64,000 nucleotides of DNA from Candidatus Poribacteria bacterium (lineage in GTDB: Bacteria; Poribacteria; WGA-4E; WGA-3G). The notes under the pieces were generated by a model. That model was not told the origin of the DNA and did not search any database. It saw only the letters and a list, made by a program, of their open reading frames with translations. Below are positions 63,272 through 64,000 of this stretch, piece after piece; the first letter of the stretch is position 1; each line of letters opens with the position of its first letter. The position numbers were made by a program, and so were the translations under genes. The DNA lies in NCBI GenBank assembly GCA_965205025.1, contig CBDBFU010000032.1:128001-192000 (forward strand). Direction: 5' to 3'.

Positions 63272-64000
63272 TTAGAAACTATAGCCAACCTTAGCGTACC
63301 AGAATGCACCATCAAATCCGAAAGGACTAAATTGACCATATTTGTTTCCGATATCTGGTTCACCTTCGATACGAGGTGGTACATAAGCTGGGTTTTCATC
63401 TGGGTAAGTATCAAAAATGTTGTTACCACCCAATGTCATTGATATACCACTATCAGCTGTATAACTTAGTTCAAGATCAAATATTAACTTGCCAGTGTAT
63501 GTGGCATCATCTTCGGAATCGTACCAGTCACCCCAGTAACCTCCGCGGACCAATACACCGAAATCATCCATAAATGGTTGCACAACTGTCAAACTTGCTC
63601 TCTGTTTTGGCAAGTTCTCTTCTAATTCCTTGATACGTAGGTCATCAAGGGTTACTGGATTATGATCTGTTACTGTTGTAACTGTCCAGTTATACACAGC
63701 AATTACATTTCCTTCCAGGAGTGGTAAGGTAACCACAGCATCAATACCTTGAGTCGTAGTATCAAAGTCATTTGTAAAGAATCGGAATTCTTCTAAGTTT
63801 GCTGCACTGGTAACACCTGCGTCAATTAAATCTTGTTTCTGTTCTTCTTGTAGTGCAAAATCTTGTGAAAGTGACAGACGATCTTTCATACGAATATCAA
63901 AGAAGTCAACAGTAAGATTCACATCAAGAAGTTCTACAGTGAAACCACCCGTAAAGTTATTTGATGTTTCAGGTTCAAGAGGTTTTCCACCAACAAGCTC
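63272..64000 (-). CDS. TonB-dependent receptor, C-terminal part (starts beyond the window)
   Basis: Beta-strand pattern, GGNNIFDTYPD and SPFGFDG.FWY...Y.F C-terminus. Confidence 0.85.
   Translation of the reverse strand, partial: ELVGGKPLEPETSNNFTGGFTVELLDVNLTVDFFDIRMKDRLSLSQDFALQEEQKQDLIDAGVTSAANLEEFRFFTNDFDTTTQGIDAVVTLPLLEGNVIAVYNWTVTTVTDHNPVTLDDLRIKELEENLPKQRASLTVVQPFMDDFGVLVRGGYWGDWYDSEDDATYTGKLIFDLELSYTADSGISMTLGGNNIFDTYPDENPAYVPPRIEGEPDIGNKYGQFSPFGFDGAFWYAKVGYSF

Noticed and set aside
170-63573. Numerous 60-150 aa ORFs antisense to or nested in long genes
   Set aside because: Shadow frames of well-supported CDSs without independent evidence.

Overview
This is an AT-rich bacterial chromosomal window. 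The gene repertoire suggests Candidatus Poribacteria (inference): secreted WD40 proteins with an LPEGAxxRLGK N-terminus, LamG proteins ending in VExxGKxTTTWGxLK, PhyH dioxygenase and a PorU/PorV pair. Housekeeping and metabolic genes are anmK, mutL, clpB, purN, a quinone oxidoreductase, GH127, two TIM-barrel epimerases, an ECF sigma/anti-sigma/vWA cluster, two methyltransferases and a partial TonB-dependent receptor. Three accessory layers stand out. (1) A ~16 kb defence island (43.4-59.6 kb) in which a type III R-M mod and res are split by cargo: DUF3800 with its own convergently transcribed ~75-nt structured RNA, a HEPN protein, a small protein plus a large helical protein, and an XRE-IrrE/PIN pair. 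A duplicated mod 3' tail marks the DUF3800 cassette insertion. (2) A circularly permuted tRNA mimic (YrlA-type Y RNA) behind a perfect sigma70 promoter, with no Ro60/Rsr gene in the window. (3) Nested REP hairpins, tiny palindromic modules, MITEs and IS4-family elements that insert into each other's hairpins, including an IS flanked by an exact 20-bp duplication of a REP stem-loop. All family calls come from motifs read by eye; no searches were run.
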